Shown here: piece after piece, positions 10,844 through 20,856 of the stretch
Position numbering within the stretch: position 1 is the stretch's first letter
How the letters are laid out: each line of letters opens with the position of its first letter
DNA from: Candidatus Heimdallarchaeota archaeon
GTDB lineage: Archaea > Asgardarchaeota > Heimdallarchaeia > Hodarchaeales > Hodarchaeaceae
Assembly: GCA_020353515.1 (NCBI GenBank)
Contig: CP070695.1
Coordinates: 1,797,435 to 1,861,434, forward strand
Direction: 5' to 3'
Length of the DNA: 64,000 nt
Translations under genes and position numbers: made by a program
Notes under the pieces: model-generated
What the model saw: only the letters and a program-made list of their open reading frames with translations
Told to the model about the DNA's origin: nothing
Database searches by the model: none

Positions 10844-11410
10844 TCAAGATAAATAATAAATCCACCCAGGTTTCCACTCCTTCGGTTGTTTTCTTCTCCA
10901 ATCTTCTTTTATAGCCTGTTTCCATGTTTTCCCATTAAGTATAACATCTAATGCAAGTTGGGGAGCTTGATGAGCGAGAATCGCAACTTTTCTTCCAAGA
11001 TAGTTCTCCTTTAAATCTTCTAGAAAGCTTCTAATTCTTTTCTCGACCTCTTTATAGCTTTCTCCATTAGGAAAAGGATTATCAATGTGTTTAATCATAA
11101 TTTTTCTTAGCGTGCTGATTTTAACACCAGTTAAGTCTCCGTAATTACATTCTCTCAACCGTTTGTCCTGAATAATTTGAATCAAAGAACCCCATATTAT
11201 ATTTACGGAGTCCACGGCCCTCCTCAGGTCAGAACAAAAGACACAATCAAATTGAACATCTTTAAGACGCTGGGACATTTTCCTTGTCTGTTTTAATCCA
11301 AGATCAGACAAAGTACAATCTCCCCATCCAGTTGCGATATTTTTCTCATTATCATTTGTGGTTCCATGTACAAAGTAGACTATTTCAACGGTCAACAGTG
11401 TTCTCTCCAA
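10844..11410 (-). CDS. Histidine phosphatase (phosphoglycerate mutase-like) family protein
   Basis: VHG (RHG-equivalent), SDLRRA, LRECNYG, GES, AH motifs. Confidence 0.85.
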   Translation of the reverse strand: MERTLLTVEIVYFVHGTTNDNEKNIATGWGDCTLSDLGLKQTRKMSQRLKDVQFDCVFCSDLRRAVDSVNIIWGSLIQIIQDKRLRECNYGDLTGVKISTLRKIMIKHIDNPFPNGESYKEVEKRIRSFLEDLKENYLGRKVAILAHQAPQLALDVILNGKTWKQAIKEDWRRKQPKEWKPGWIYYLS

Positions 11411-11413
11411 AAA

Positions 11414-12862
11414 TTACCCACCTTTCAGTTTTTGCTGGAGTTTCAGAAAGGTTTGAAAAGATTTGACAGTCAAGTTCGTCTTAAAGCCAGGTTTCGGATT
11501 CTTTTCATAACTCAGAGAATATCCCCCAATTTCCAACAATTCTTCAAAAGCCTCTTGAGCCAATGTTAGTACTTTCGATTCATCCAACGTTATAATCTGT
11601 CCATTTTTCATAACTACGTTACCATCAATGATAACTGTATCCACATCTGATCCAAAGGCGGAGTATACTATATGAGAGGGACAATTATGGAAAGGTGTTA
11701 GATGGGGCTTCTTAAAATCTAACATGATTATATCTGCTTTCTTACCCACTTCCAAAGAACCAATTTCGTTTTCTAATCCAAGACTCTTCGCCCCTAAAAT
11801 TGTAGCCATACGAATTATCTGCTGAGCGGGTAATACAGTACCTTCTCTTTTATTCTGTTTGTGCAAAAATGCAGCAGTTCTCATTTCTTCAATCATGTCA
11901 AGATTGTTATTACTCCCGCAACCATCAGTTCCAATACCAACCATAACCTCTTTTTCTAGCAACTCTGGGATTGGGGCAACCTCATTCCCATATTTCATCA
12001 TAGCAGTTGGACAATGGGCTACTGAAGTGTTGGTTTGTTTCATGATTTTCATATCTGCTTTATTTACAAAAACACAATGAGCTGCCAGAACATCGTCCTT
12101 TAATATTCCTAAATTATGCAAATGCTCAATTGATGTTTCTCCATGTTTTTCTTTGGTCATTTTTGGTTCGTTTGGCGCCTCAGCGACATGAATGTGTAAC
12201 CCAACGTCAATTTCATCAGCAGCTTCTCGTGTTTTTTGTAGTAAGGTTGGTGAACATGTATATATAGAATGAGGCCCTAATTTACACGTGATTCTACCAT
12301 TTGAGGAGTTGTTCCACTTTTTAGCAAATGCTACACTTTCAGTTAATTCTCGTTCTCCTTTATCGGGTTCATTCAATTCTAGTATTCCTTGAGCTAGATT
12401 TGCACGCATCCCTGCTTCATTGACTGCTTTTACAACCCTATCCATATGCCAATATTGATCTGCAAAAGTTGTTGTCCCTGTTGTTATCATTTCTAAGCAA
12501 CCAAGTAATGCCCCAACATAGCAATGTTCAGCAGTAATGTTCTTCTCGATTGACCATATTATTGGGAGCCAATTAATTCCTGGAACGTCATCAGCTACTC
12601 CTCGAAATAGGGTCATTGCCAAGTGCGTGTGTGTATTGATGAGTCCAGGTATTATGACCATTCCTTTCGCATCGATTTCATTATTAAAGGAATAATTTTG
12701 TATTTTGCTCATTGGTCCAATATCAATTATCTTATCAGCATCAATTACAACTCCTCCATCTGAAATGACTTCATTTTTTGAGTTAACAGTGATAATTACT
12801 CCGTTTTTTATTAATAGGTCAACCAAAATAGAACACCACGACATTGATTTGATGATACACAC
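11414..12862 (-). CDS. Amidohydrolase, MtaD/SAH-MTA deaminase-like
   Basis: PGLINTHTH, GPHSIYTC, HIHVAE, AHC, GTDG, GSLEVGKKAD; true start probably TTG near 12826. Confidence 0.85.
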   Translation of the reverse strand: MCIIKSMSWCSILVDLLIKNGVIITVNSKNEVISDGGVVIDADKIIDIGPMSKIQNYSFNNEIDAKGMVIIPGLINTHTHLAMTLFRGVADDVPGINWLPIIWSIEKNITAEHCYVGALLGCLEMITTGTTTFADQYWHMDRVVKAVNEAGMRANLAQGILELNEPDKGERELTESVAFAKKWNNSSNGRITCKLGPHSIYTCSPTLLQKTREAADEIDVGLHIHVAEAPNEPKMTKEKHGETSIEHLHNLGILKDDVLAAHCVFVNKADMKIMKQTNTSVAHCPTAMMKYGNEVAPIPELLEKEVMVGIGTDGCGSNNNLDMIEEMRTAAFLHKQNKREGTVLPAQQIIRMATILGAKSLGLENEIGSLEVGKKADIIMLDFKKPHLTPFHNCPSHIVYSAFGSDVDTVIIDGNVVMKNGQIITLDESKVLTLAQEAFEELLEIGGYSLSYEKNPKPGFKTNLTVKSFQTFLKLQQKLKGG

Positions 12863-12972
12863 AAATATACAGAAGGATTAATATAATTTCAGTTGTTACA
12901 CGTTACTAATTGAGAAATCTTACTCTTTCTCCATTGAATTTTATTGAATTACGTGTTTAAAATTGTTGGAAA

Positions 12973-13186
12973 GTGGAAATGGACAGGAGAATATCCAAAA
13001 CAATAGATGTTTATAATGAACACGCACAGGACTGTATGCGTATTAATTCATCTATAGAACCAATCCAAGATCTCTTAGATTTTTTTTATAATGAATGTCC
13101 CAGGTCCAATTTCGGGTTTCTTAACAGCAACAGTATTGTTGGTGGTTCCATTCTTCATTTTTACTAGACGAAAATGGAACCAGTAG
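12973..13186 (+). pseudogene. Chimeric remnant: class I methyltransferase-like N-terminus joined to an orphan C-terminal membrane-anchor tail
   Basis: KTIDVYNEHAQD resembles the pre-motif-I helix of SAM methyltransferases, with no motif I following. After a T-run, another frame (13091-13186) reads MNVPGPISGFLTATVLLVVPFFIFTRRKWNQ*. Confidence 0.45.
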
Positions 13187-13265
13187 TGAGTTTCATCAGA
13201 CTTGCTCAAAGTATTTCGAGAATCAAAACCAAACTCTGATAAAGAGAATATTCACTGTTTTAACC

Positions 13266-13646
13266 ATGAGTATTGGTTCAAAGGCAAAAGAGAATCTAAT
13301 ATGGATTATTTTCGCTGGGATTATTTTAACTGGTGTCATTTCAGGAGGAATATATCAAATGATCTTTTCTCCAACAATAGATAACAATAACCCGATAGAT
13401 GAACCGTTTTTTGATTATCCTGGTAATAATACTAACCAAAATAATAGTATTAACATTCCAGAGAGTAATACTACTATGAATTTAGATGGCAAGATTACAA
13501 TAGAAGGGATTGGGACATTTACTTATGTTCCTAAAGACATCATCACAATGAGGCCCAATATTTTTCAACCAGGCCATTTCTCAATCTTTGATATTCTTGT
13601 ATGGCTTGACGATTGTAATTCTTTTTACAGTAGCTGCAGGTGTTGA
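13266..13646 (+). pseudogene. Apparently truncated membrane-anchored hypothetical protein
   Basis: N-terminal TM, Asn-rich linker, ordered-looking RPNIFQPGHFSIFDILVWLD that ends abruptly and overlaps the next fragment. Confidence 0.45.
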
Positions 13647-13866
13647 TTTTACTCGCTTTGCACGAAGATTTGGCAGAAGAAGAACCCTCGTTCTCCAACA
13701 AATTTCATATCTCGCTTTCATCATGGTTGGGCTGCATGCATTACTGTTAGGAACTTTAACTCGTCAAATAACTGCATTACGTCTGTTAATTATTATCTCT
13801 TTTGTTTTTATTACTGTTTTACGTATCTATTTATTTTTAAATATTCGATTCTCTAGTTCTTTTTGA
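13588..13866 (+). pseudogene. C-terminal fragment of a ferric reductase-like (MsrQ/YedZ-type) transmembrane domain
   Basis: RRFGRRRTLVLQQISYLAFIMVGLHALLLG resembles the ...LHRLxYL...LH helix; N-terminal part is absent. Confidence 0.4.
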
Positions 13867-13987
13867 ATTAAGCTCTTATCTTCATCATCAGTCTCTCTTA
13901 ATTGATATTTATTGCCTTAAAAAGAAGGGTTATATTAGATTATTAAGAACTTAAAATTAGACTTGAATAGTGATGGAAGTGTCCTGA

Positions 13988-14329
13988 ATGGAAAAAGTAG
14001 AAGACAACCATGATGGTACAGAAATTGCAGAGAAAAGAGATAGAATAGCCAATGAAATGGCTGAAGACGAAATCTTTGTACATACAGTGTACAACGCTTT
14101 GAAAGTACCTAATGCAAATATAACCGAGAAATTAATTTTAGCATTTTCTACCATACCAGAGACGAGATTAGATTTCTCCCTAGCAAAAGATCGTTTTATA
14201 AATATTGTCGATCTACTTGAAGCAAATGGAGAGGTTACTTCAGAAGAGATAATACTCTTAAAACAATCAATTAAGGATATTAATTCTCTCCAAGAGCTTT
14301 TATTAAAAAGAAAAGGAATAGTCAACTAG
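13988..14329 (+). CDS. Hypothetical acidic helical protein
   Basis: 113-aa ATG ORF with protein-like composition filling the gap; no motif recognised. Confidence 0.55.
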   Translation: MEKVEDNHDGTEIAEKRDRIANEMAEDEIFVHTVYNALKVPNANITEKLILAFSTIPETRLDFSLAKDRFINIVDLLEANGEVTSEEIILLKQSIKDINSLQELLLKRKGIVN

Positions 14330-14336
14330 ACTCAAT

Positions 14337-14957
14337 CTAGTCCATCCTGAGTTTGTTCTTTTCATTCAAAAATCTAAGCCCTTCATCTATTTGTTGACGT
14401 AGTTTTAAAGCTTCTTTAAGATATACTTGAATTTCTAGTAAAGAATTTTCGTCTTTCGAAGGAAGACTGACTTTGAATATACATGAATTTGCTCCACTAC
14501 ACATGGTTTTAACAATTTTAACCTTAACTGGAACGTTTAAGGCTGACTCAAACACCTCTTCTAACCAAAAGTGGGAGCAGTTGCGTAAAAGAGACGAATC
14601 CACCAATTTTATTTGACGTAATGGACAATAACACTTTGAATATCGTACCTGAATAGAGGATTCAGGCTTTATAATAAAAACCTCTTCTTGATAATGATGA
14701 TTTAATGTTTCAATAAATTGTTCGATATTTTGGCTTCTTTTCCAAGCTTTTCGAAAAAATTCTACAGCTTGGGGGTTAGCACAAGCAATCCCACAGGATT
14801 TAAGAATATCTGTGTTAACCTCTCTAGGTTGGTTCTCAAGACCTTGAAAAAGTCCTAAAAGCCATTGCTTCAAGAATTCAAGAATCCACTGCTCACTAGC
14901 ATGATGTTTATCCATTTTTTCACTTCCGTGAAAGAAAAATTCCGAAAAAGTTAACAT
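14337..14957 (-). CDS. Cys-motif protein, DUF6144/V4R-like (putative metal-binding)
   Basis: CGIACA, CYCP, NCS, C-terminal GANSCIFKV. Confidence 0.6.
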   Translation of the reverse strand: MLTFSEFFFHGSEKMDKHHASEQWILEFLKQWLLGLFQGLENQPREVNTDILKSCGIACANPQAVEFFRKAWKRSQNIEQFIETLNHHYQEEVFIIKPESSIQVRYSKCYCPLRQIKLVDSSLLRNCSHFWLEEVFESALNVPVKVKIVKTMCSGANSCIFKVSLPSKDENSLLEIQVYLKEALKLRQQIDEGLRFLNEKNKLRMD

Positions 14958-15016
14958 TCGTATTGCCTTTATAAATAATTAGAAAATTTTTGATAGAAAT
15001 GTCCTAAAAATGGGTG

Positions 15017-15550
15017 TTAAAGGTTTTTTTGCCTTTTAAAGAATTTAAATGGATTGGGTACCCATCGTGGAACCTTTTTCATATAATCTAGGTATTCCTG
15101 ACCAAGAATCTCTATTAATTCGTTTTCTTCGTAGGCTGCAATTAGATCAAGAAGAAAAAATGCAATTAAAAAGGGGATGAATGATATGATAGACAATGTC
15201 AAAATAATCAATCCTAAATATCCAATAATATAAGCAAAATACATCGGATGTCGCACCATAGCATAAACATCTTCATCCACTACTTTTGGATTAGTTTTAT
15301 CAACCCCTACTAAAACTAATTTATGAGAACCATTAGCTAATCTTAATGCAATAAGCACGGCACCAATAAAGATAAGCAGGCGTAATTGCCATGGTATCAT
15401 ACGTGATAATTGAGTTGTAAGGTTGAATAAAGAGTCTATTCCCCAAACCATCAAGAATAATATGACACCAATCAATTGAAATTCGTGGGATCGTGGATGT
15501 TCTTCTCCGATTCCATGTGAATGTTCTTGTCCAGGCACTTTAAACACCAA
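15017..15550 (-). CDS. Isoprenylcysteine carboxyl methyltransferase (ICMT/PEMT) family membrane protein
   Basis: VRHPMY, EE-x-x-L, Y-x-x-Y-x-KKVPRW. Confidence 0.85.
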   Translation of the reverse strand: MVFKVPGQEHSHGIGEEHPRSHEFQLIGVILFLMVWGIDSLFNLTTQLSRMIPWQLRLLIFIGAVLIALRLANGSHKLVLVGVDKTNPKVVDEDVYAMVRHPMYFAYIIGYLGLIILTLSIISFIPFLIAFFLLDLIAAYEENELIEILGQEYLDYMKKVPRWVPNPFKFFKRQKNL

Positions 15551-16150
15551 TCATTTCCCTTTCAATATCTCTATAAATTCTTTTGTGAAAGCTTCTATCT
15601 TTTCCCAATCTCTATAATCATTCACACCATTTGGATCAAAGTTAGGGGAAGCTCTTCCCGCAATCTTTAACATCCTCTTATCTAACCACCCCACAGGCGA
15701 ATCAGGAGAAGCATTCATTAATCCACCAAAAGCTTCATAATCGTCTACAGTGACTCCCAGACCATCTAGTGCTTTTTTACAATATTCTTCTTTGATTTCT
15801 AGATATCTTTCTGGAATAGCCGCATAACCTGAACTTACAAAGAATACTTTCGGACCATCTAATGAATTAATATCTTTTTTTTGCTTTTTAATAAAATTTT
15901 TCACTTCTTTGGTCCATTGACCGATTCTTATACCTGATCCAATGATCAATCCAGCATACTGAGCTAAATCTGGCCATTGATCCTTTTTCACATTAATAAT
16001 ATCTGAATCAATGTCGTTTTCCTTTAACCATTCTACCATTTTTTCTGCAATTCCCTGAGTTGCCCCATATCTAGTACCGTACGCAACTAGTACTTTCATA
16101 ACCATTCTTCCTAAGTCACACCAAACTTTAACAATAGAAGCTTCAATCAT
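15551..16150 (-). CDS. Flavodoxin-domain protein (HemG-like)
   Basis: VAYGTRYGATQGIA FMN loop, DYRDWEKIEAF; likely start at MVMKVLV. Confidence 0.85.
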   Translation of the reverse strand: MIEASIVKVWCDLGRMVMKVLVAYGTRYGATQGIAEKMVEWLKENDIDSDIINVKKDQWPDLAQYAGLIIGSGIRIGQWTKEVKNFIKKQKKDINSLDGPKVFFVSSGYAAIPERYLEIKEEYCKKALDGLGVTVDDYEAFGGLMNASPDSPVGWLDKRMLKIAGRASPNFDPNGVNDYRDWEKIEAFTKEFIEILKGK

Positions 16151-16273
16151 TTCAGCGAAGGAAATTCAAGAGACTTTTGTATTTGATGTATTAAATATTC
16201 TGATTTAACGGAAAAAGAATGCTATTTTTATAACTTTATTACCTTAATAATAACATCTTCGGGCATTAACTAA

Positions 16274-17305
16274 TTATTTTGACAAGAGATCTTCAATAAG
16301 TTTTATCTTTACCCCTAGATGATCCCGAATAACTCCATAGACAAACTGATATACTTGATTATACTGTTTTAGTAATGAAGCGGTCTCAGGGCGCATCCCT
16401 GATAATTCTGATCCTTGAATCAGAGATATGGCATAATCTGTTAATCGTCTAGTGGCTGCAAACACATAAAAGAATTCAAAATCCTCAATCACCCTCCCTA
16501 ATTTTTGCTGATATATGTCAAATACCTGTTGACCTAGGGTTGGTGATGCATGGGCATTTGTAAGTAGAACAGTCCATGCTAAATCAAAACGAAAATCAAG
16601 CACTGATGAAGTGCCCCAATCAATAACCACTGGGTTTAAATCTCTTTTCATGAGGATGTTGTCAGGATGATAATCTAGATGAATTAAAGACAAGGAGGAA
16701 ACAGAAATCCCATTGATTTGATTTCTAAGCCATTTGAACACTTCGCTAAAATCGATCATTCCTCGTTGTAATAAAGAATCAATGTATTCATCTATTTGTG
16801 TTTCAATATAGGTGTTTAAAGATTGTGATTCTGGGGGAGGGGTGATTAAATTGAATTCTCTCCAATTTATTTTGTGTAATTGTACGTAAAGATCAATAAA
16901 AAGCTCCATCATCTCTATTTGCTTTTTTTCATTCGATTTCCGAAGAATCTCACCCATAGTTGGTCCATCAATTCGCTCCATTATCACGAAAGGTTTACCT
17001 ATAATTTCCCCACTATTTTCTAATAATTCCATTTTAGGAACAGGATAATTTAAATCATATAACTTTTTCATTACACTAAATTCTTTAGCAGACTTTGTTT
17101 TAGAATTTGTTGCAGGGTATATTCGTGCAACAAGTTCTTTTTTGACCTGCTTTCCCTGATCTTGATAACCTAAATCGAATGAGAGAAGATCGTTTTCCCA
17201 CCCTGAGGTGATATCCTTGAGCTGGGTGATTTCAATATTCTGATACTCTGGAAAGGTTAATTCAAAAAAATTACAAAATCTATCTTTAATATCTGATATT
17301 AGCAT
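16274..17305 (-). CDS. Aminoglycoside/choline phosphotransferase (APH) family kinase
   Basis: PFVIMERIDG, HLDYHPDN catalytic loop, IDWG. ATG 17305 chosen; the ORF extends to 17380. Confidence 0.8.
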   Translation of the reverse strand: MLISDIKDRFCNFFELTFPEYQNIEITQLKDITSGWENDLLSFDLGYQDQGKQVKKELVARIYPATNSKTKSAKEFSVMKKLYDLNYPVPKMELLENSGEIIGKPFVIMERIDGPTMGEILRKSNEKKQIEMMELFIDLYVQLHKINWREFNLITPPPESQSLNTYIETQIDEYIDSLLQRGMIDFSEVFKWLRNQINGISVSSLSLIHLDYHPDNILMKRDLNPVVIDWGTSSVLDFRFDLAWTVLLTNAHASPTLGQQVFDIYQQKLGRVIEDFEFFYVFAATRRLTDYAISLIQGSELSGMRPETASLLKQYNQVYQFVYGVIRDHLGVKIKLIEDLLSK

Positions 17306-17730
17306 TATTCTTCCCGATTTTTTAATCAGAATTCCATCACCTTTAAATAACTTCCTTAGAACCGTACCAATTAGATTCAAGTCACTTGAACTGTTGCAAA
17401 TTTACGAGATTTTGCTTGGAGATGTTAAAGGTGCTGTTTCATACAATAGGATTAAAAAATTGCTCTTTTTGCCTTTTTAATTCATAATATCGATTTTTAT
17501 CTTTCCTGAGTAGATATCTCAGGTATATTTCAAAAAATGGCGTAAAGAGAGTGAAAAAAAACCTTTGAACTCTTGGTATATGCTTCTTCGATACTGAATT
17601 TTCAAATCCTTCCCCACAAGAAATTTCAACATACCTAGAATAATAAATCTATATATCCGATGATCGAACACAGCATGTTTTTAAACTGAAAAGATACTTT
17701 CGGAAAATCACATGGTTTGGAGAAATAAAA

Positions 17731-18198
17731 ATGGATGTTGAAAAACGAATTCAACTATTCAAGAACCAAATTGAGCTTGAGAAACAAATAGTTCAGACAG
17801 CTGAATCTTCAGCAAAGAATATTGGAAATGAGATCGTCAGGGAGATGATTTTAGGTATCGCTATGGATTCACGCAAGCACGAGTCTTTTTTGAACACACT
17901 TATTGGTCTTCATGAAAAATTCGCACTAATTGATGAGGAATTAACCGATCAACTGAAACAGAATTTAGAACAACATATCAAGTTGGAGAAAAAAGCTATA
18001 GACTCCTATCAGAACATATGGAGTAACCTCGAGGATGAGAAGGAGAAAATTATTATTCGCTATATTTTAAACGATGAAATCAGACATCATAGACTCCTCA
18101 AACAGTTACATACAAAACTAGTGGAAAAACTTACATTCACTAGCGAAGATTACTGGGATTGGGCTTGGAAAGACACCGAGTGGGGTGGGGGTTCCTAA
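17731..18198 (+). CDS. Ferritin-like/rubrerythrin-family diiron protein
   Basis: Duplicated E...D/E-x-x-H pattern (ELE, DSRKH, KLE, DEIRHH); GGAGA RBS. Confidence 0.75.
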   Translation: MDVEKRIQLFKNQIELEKQIVQTAESSAKNIGNEIVREMILGIAMDSRKHESFLNTLIGLHEKFALIDEELTDQLKQNLEQHIKLEKKAIDSYQNIWSNLEDEKEKIIIRYILNDEIRHHRLLKQLHTKLVEKLTFTSEDYWDWAWKDTEWGGGS

Positions 18199-18445
18199 AG
18201 CAATATGAGAAATATCTAAACAGCCCTTTCAACCTTTTTTTCGGCTAATACATTGGAAGGGATATGCTACAAAAAAAGTGGGGAGTATGAATCCAAAAAA
18301 GGGCTCGTTCCAAACTATGGAAATATATATATTTTGAGTCATGAAAATGTTATTTGTTAGAATATCGAATCAAATTACATTAATTTTTGCAAAAAGAGGA
18401 AATATCCTGTTAAATGTTAAAATCATGTAAGAAGAGGCATTCGTT

Positions 18446-19324
18446 TTGATTAAAAGAGCAATAATAGCATGTATTATCCTTATTATTCTTTCTGTTGGAG
18501 TAGTTTATGTTACACTGGTATTAAATAACAAAAATAATAATCCAGCTGATGAAGTGATAATTGAAAAAAACTTTCTAAGTTATAACGGAGTCAATATCAC
18601 ATGGTTAGGTACCGCGGGTTTTAAACTCAAAACAAACGATCTAATTGTATATTTTGATCCATTCTCAATTCCTGTCAATGAAACTGATAAAGCTGATATA
18701 ATCATTGCATCTCATGGTCATACAGACCATCTTTCATTGATAGATATAACCACAATTGCTAATGAAGACGTAACAATTCTCTATACACCGTACCCAGTAA
18801 AGGTAGATGAATTCAATGTCCTCGATGAAGATATACAACAACTAGAATTAAAGGAAATCAACTATATTAAACCAGGTGATATTATAGAACAATATGGAAT
18901 TACTCTTGAATTCGTACCTGCTTATAACATTGATAAATACAATCCTTACCAACCCGACCAGTTATGGCACCCTCCTGAAGCAAATTGGACTGGAATGATT
19001 GTTGATTTTGGAGATGTGAGAATCTATCACGCAGGGGATACTGACCATATTCCTGAAATGAAACAGGTTGCTTGCGATATTGCCTTAATACCAGTTATGG
19101 GAGAGGCAATGATGACAGCAGAAGAAGCAGCTGAAGCAATAGAATCACTTCATGTATCATCTATTGTTAAATATGCTATTCCAATGCACTATACATACCC
19201 AATTACTATAAAAGATTTTGGAAATATCACAATTGGCAGCTTAGCTGAAGCAGAGGAATTTTCAGAGAAAGCAAATTGTACAGTTGTTATCTTAGAACCA
19301 ATTTACTATTACAATTTGAATTGA
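18446..19324 (+). CDS. Membrane-anchored MBL-fold metallohydrolase
   Basis: ITWLG, SHGHTDH, YHAGDT, IPMHY; N-terminal TM. Confidence 0.85.
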   Translation: MIKRAIIACIILIILSVGVVYVTLVLNNKNNNPADEVIIEKNFLSYNGVNITWLGTAGFKLKTNDLIVYFDPFSIPVNETDKADIIIASHGHTDHLSLIDITTIANEDVTILYTPYPVKVDEFNVLDEDIQQLELKEINYIKPGDIIEQYGITLEFVPAYNIDKYNPYQPDQLWHPPEANWTGMIVDFGDVRIYHAGDTDHIPEMKQVACDIALIPVMGEAMMTAEEAAEAIESLHVSSIVKYAIPMHYTYPITIKDFGNITIGSLAEAEEFSEKANCTVVILEPIYYYNLN

Positions 19325-19434
19325 TGGTCTTTAGTAACAATTATTAACCATATTAAGTCACCAATCCTTATACCTTTAGGAAAACTTCTACTTTTGATTT
19401 TAAGCCGAGATTTTCTTGTCGGGCAAAAAATGAA

Positions 19435-20838
19435 GTGGTACGAGTGTCAAAAACAATTGACTATTTTATTAATCGTAAACAGGAATATTTAAAAGATTTA
19501 TTTCAGTATCTACGAATCCCAAGCATTTCAAATAAAAAGGAAGGAGTGAAAAAGGCATCGATATGGCTGAGGGATTGGTTAAAGTCTTCAGCTGATTTTT
19601 ACAAAGTGATAAATACTTCAGGTAATCCAGTAATCCTCGCAGAATGGGAACCAAACACATTAAAGGGGGAAAATGGATATCGAACTGTATTGATCTATGG
19701 TCATTATGATGTCCAATCTCCTGAACCATTAGATCAATGGATATCTCCCCCGTTTGAACCAGAAATCCGTGATGGCCGAATATATGCGAGAGGAGTTGGG
19801 GATAACAAGGGTCAGCATTATGCCCATCTTGTAGCAATTGAATGTACAACAAAATTCAGCCAATTAGGATTACAAGTGAAATTTATTTTGGATGGTGAGG
19901 AAGAAAGTGGTTCACCCCACCTTGATGAAGTGCTCAATAAAGAAAAAGAATTCTTCAACAATGTTGATTTGGTTTTTGTCTCCGACGGTCCTGCTGATCC
20001 TTCTTGGAAACCGACTATATCTTTCGGAGCAAGAGGAATTGTCACTGCGCGGATATATTTACATTCAGCAAACAATGATGTCCATTCAGGTAATTTTGGT
20101 GGAATTCAACCAAATCCTGCACTTGATCTAATGCGTATACTTCAAACGATGGTAGACGATAATGGTAGGTGTTTGATATCAGGATTTTATGATAGTGTTT
20201 TCACCCCCGATGAAGAATCGCTTAGAGCTGCTAAAGAATTAAATCGTACTCCTGAATTATATAAAAAATCTCTTGGTATTGACTACTTTGGAGGGGAGCA
20301 AGATATTCCCCTGGTCCACCGGGTAATGTTTCGGCCCACCTTTAATATTCGCGGTTTTCAGTCTGGAAATGTCCGAGAGTACGCCAAAACTATCATTCCA
20401 AAGGATGCTGTTGTAGAATTAGATTTTCGATTAGTTCCACATCAAAAACCTAACCAAGTCCAAGAATTGGTTCAAATCCATCTAGAGAATCTGAAAGCTC
20501 AGTCAGAGAGATGGAAAAGAATGATTGATCGATGTAAAGTGACATATGAAGCTGGTTTTGCGCCGATATATACTCCCTTAGACCTTCCTTGGACGAAAAT
20601 ACTAGTTAAATCGGTAAAAGAGGGATTTGGAAAACTCCCGGTTAAGATCCCTCTTTTAGGGGGAAGTTTACCCCTTTTTAATTTATATCAACACATGAAA
20701 AAACCAATGTATATCATTCCATTCGGCCAACCTGATCAAGGAAACCACGCTCCAAATGAAAATTTGATGCTGGAATGGTTTGAAAAGGGAGTAACTACTT
20801 CAATATTACTATTGAAGAATTTAGGGATGGGAAGCTAA
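19435..20838 (+). CDS. M20/M25/M40 family metallopeptidase (dipeptidase-like)
   Basis: YGHYDVQ, ARGVGDNKG, GEEESGS, HSG, HAPNE. Confidence 0.9.
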   Translation: MVRVSKTIDYFINRKQEYLKDLFQYLRIPSISNKKEGVKKASIWLRDWLKSSADFYKVINTSGNPVILAEWEPNTLKGENGYRTVLIYGHYDVQSPEPLDQWISPPFEPEIRDGRIYARGVGDNKGQHYAHLVAIECTTKFSQLGLQVKFILDGEEESGSPHLDEVLNKEKEFFNNVDLVFVSDGPADPSWKPTISFGARGIVTARIYLHSANNDVHSGNFGGIQPNPALDLMRILQTMVDDNGRCLISGFYDSVFTPDEESLRAAKELNRTPELYKKSLGIDYFGGEQDIPLVHRVMFRPTFNIRGFQSGNVREYAKTIIPKDAVVELDFRLVPHQKPNQVQELVQIHLENLKAQSERWKRMIDRCKVTYEAGFAPIYTPLDLPWTKILVKSVKEGFGKLPVKIPLLGGSLPLFNLYQHMKKPMYIIPFGQPDQGNHAPNENLMLEWFEKGVTTSILLLKNLGMGS

Positions 20839-20856
20839 TTCATCTTTAATATTTAT

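Noticed and set aside
12973-13866. Selenocysteine/pyrrolysine readthrough or programmed frameshift joining the short ORFs
   Set aside because: The fragments resemble unrelated families and lie in different frames, and no SECIS-like hairpin was seen; decay explains them better.
17381-17730. Long intergenic region with hairpin CCTGAG-N7-CTCAGG (17505-17523) as an ncRNA or small gene
   Set aside because: A single 6-bp stem, no tRNA or known RNA features, and no convincing ORF; compatible with a divergent promoter region.
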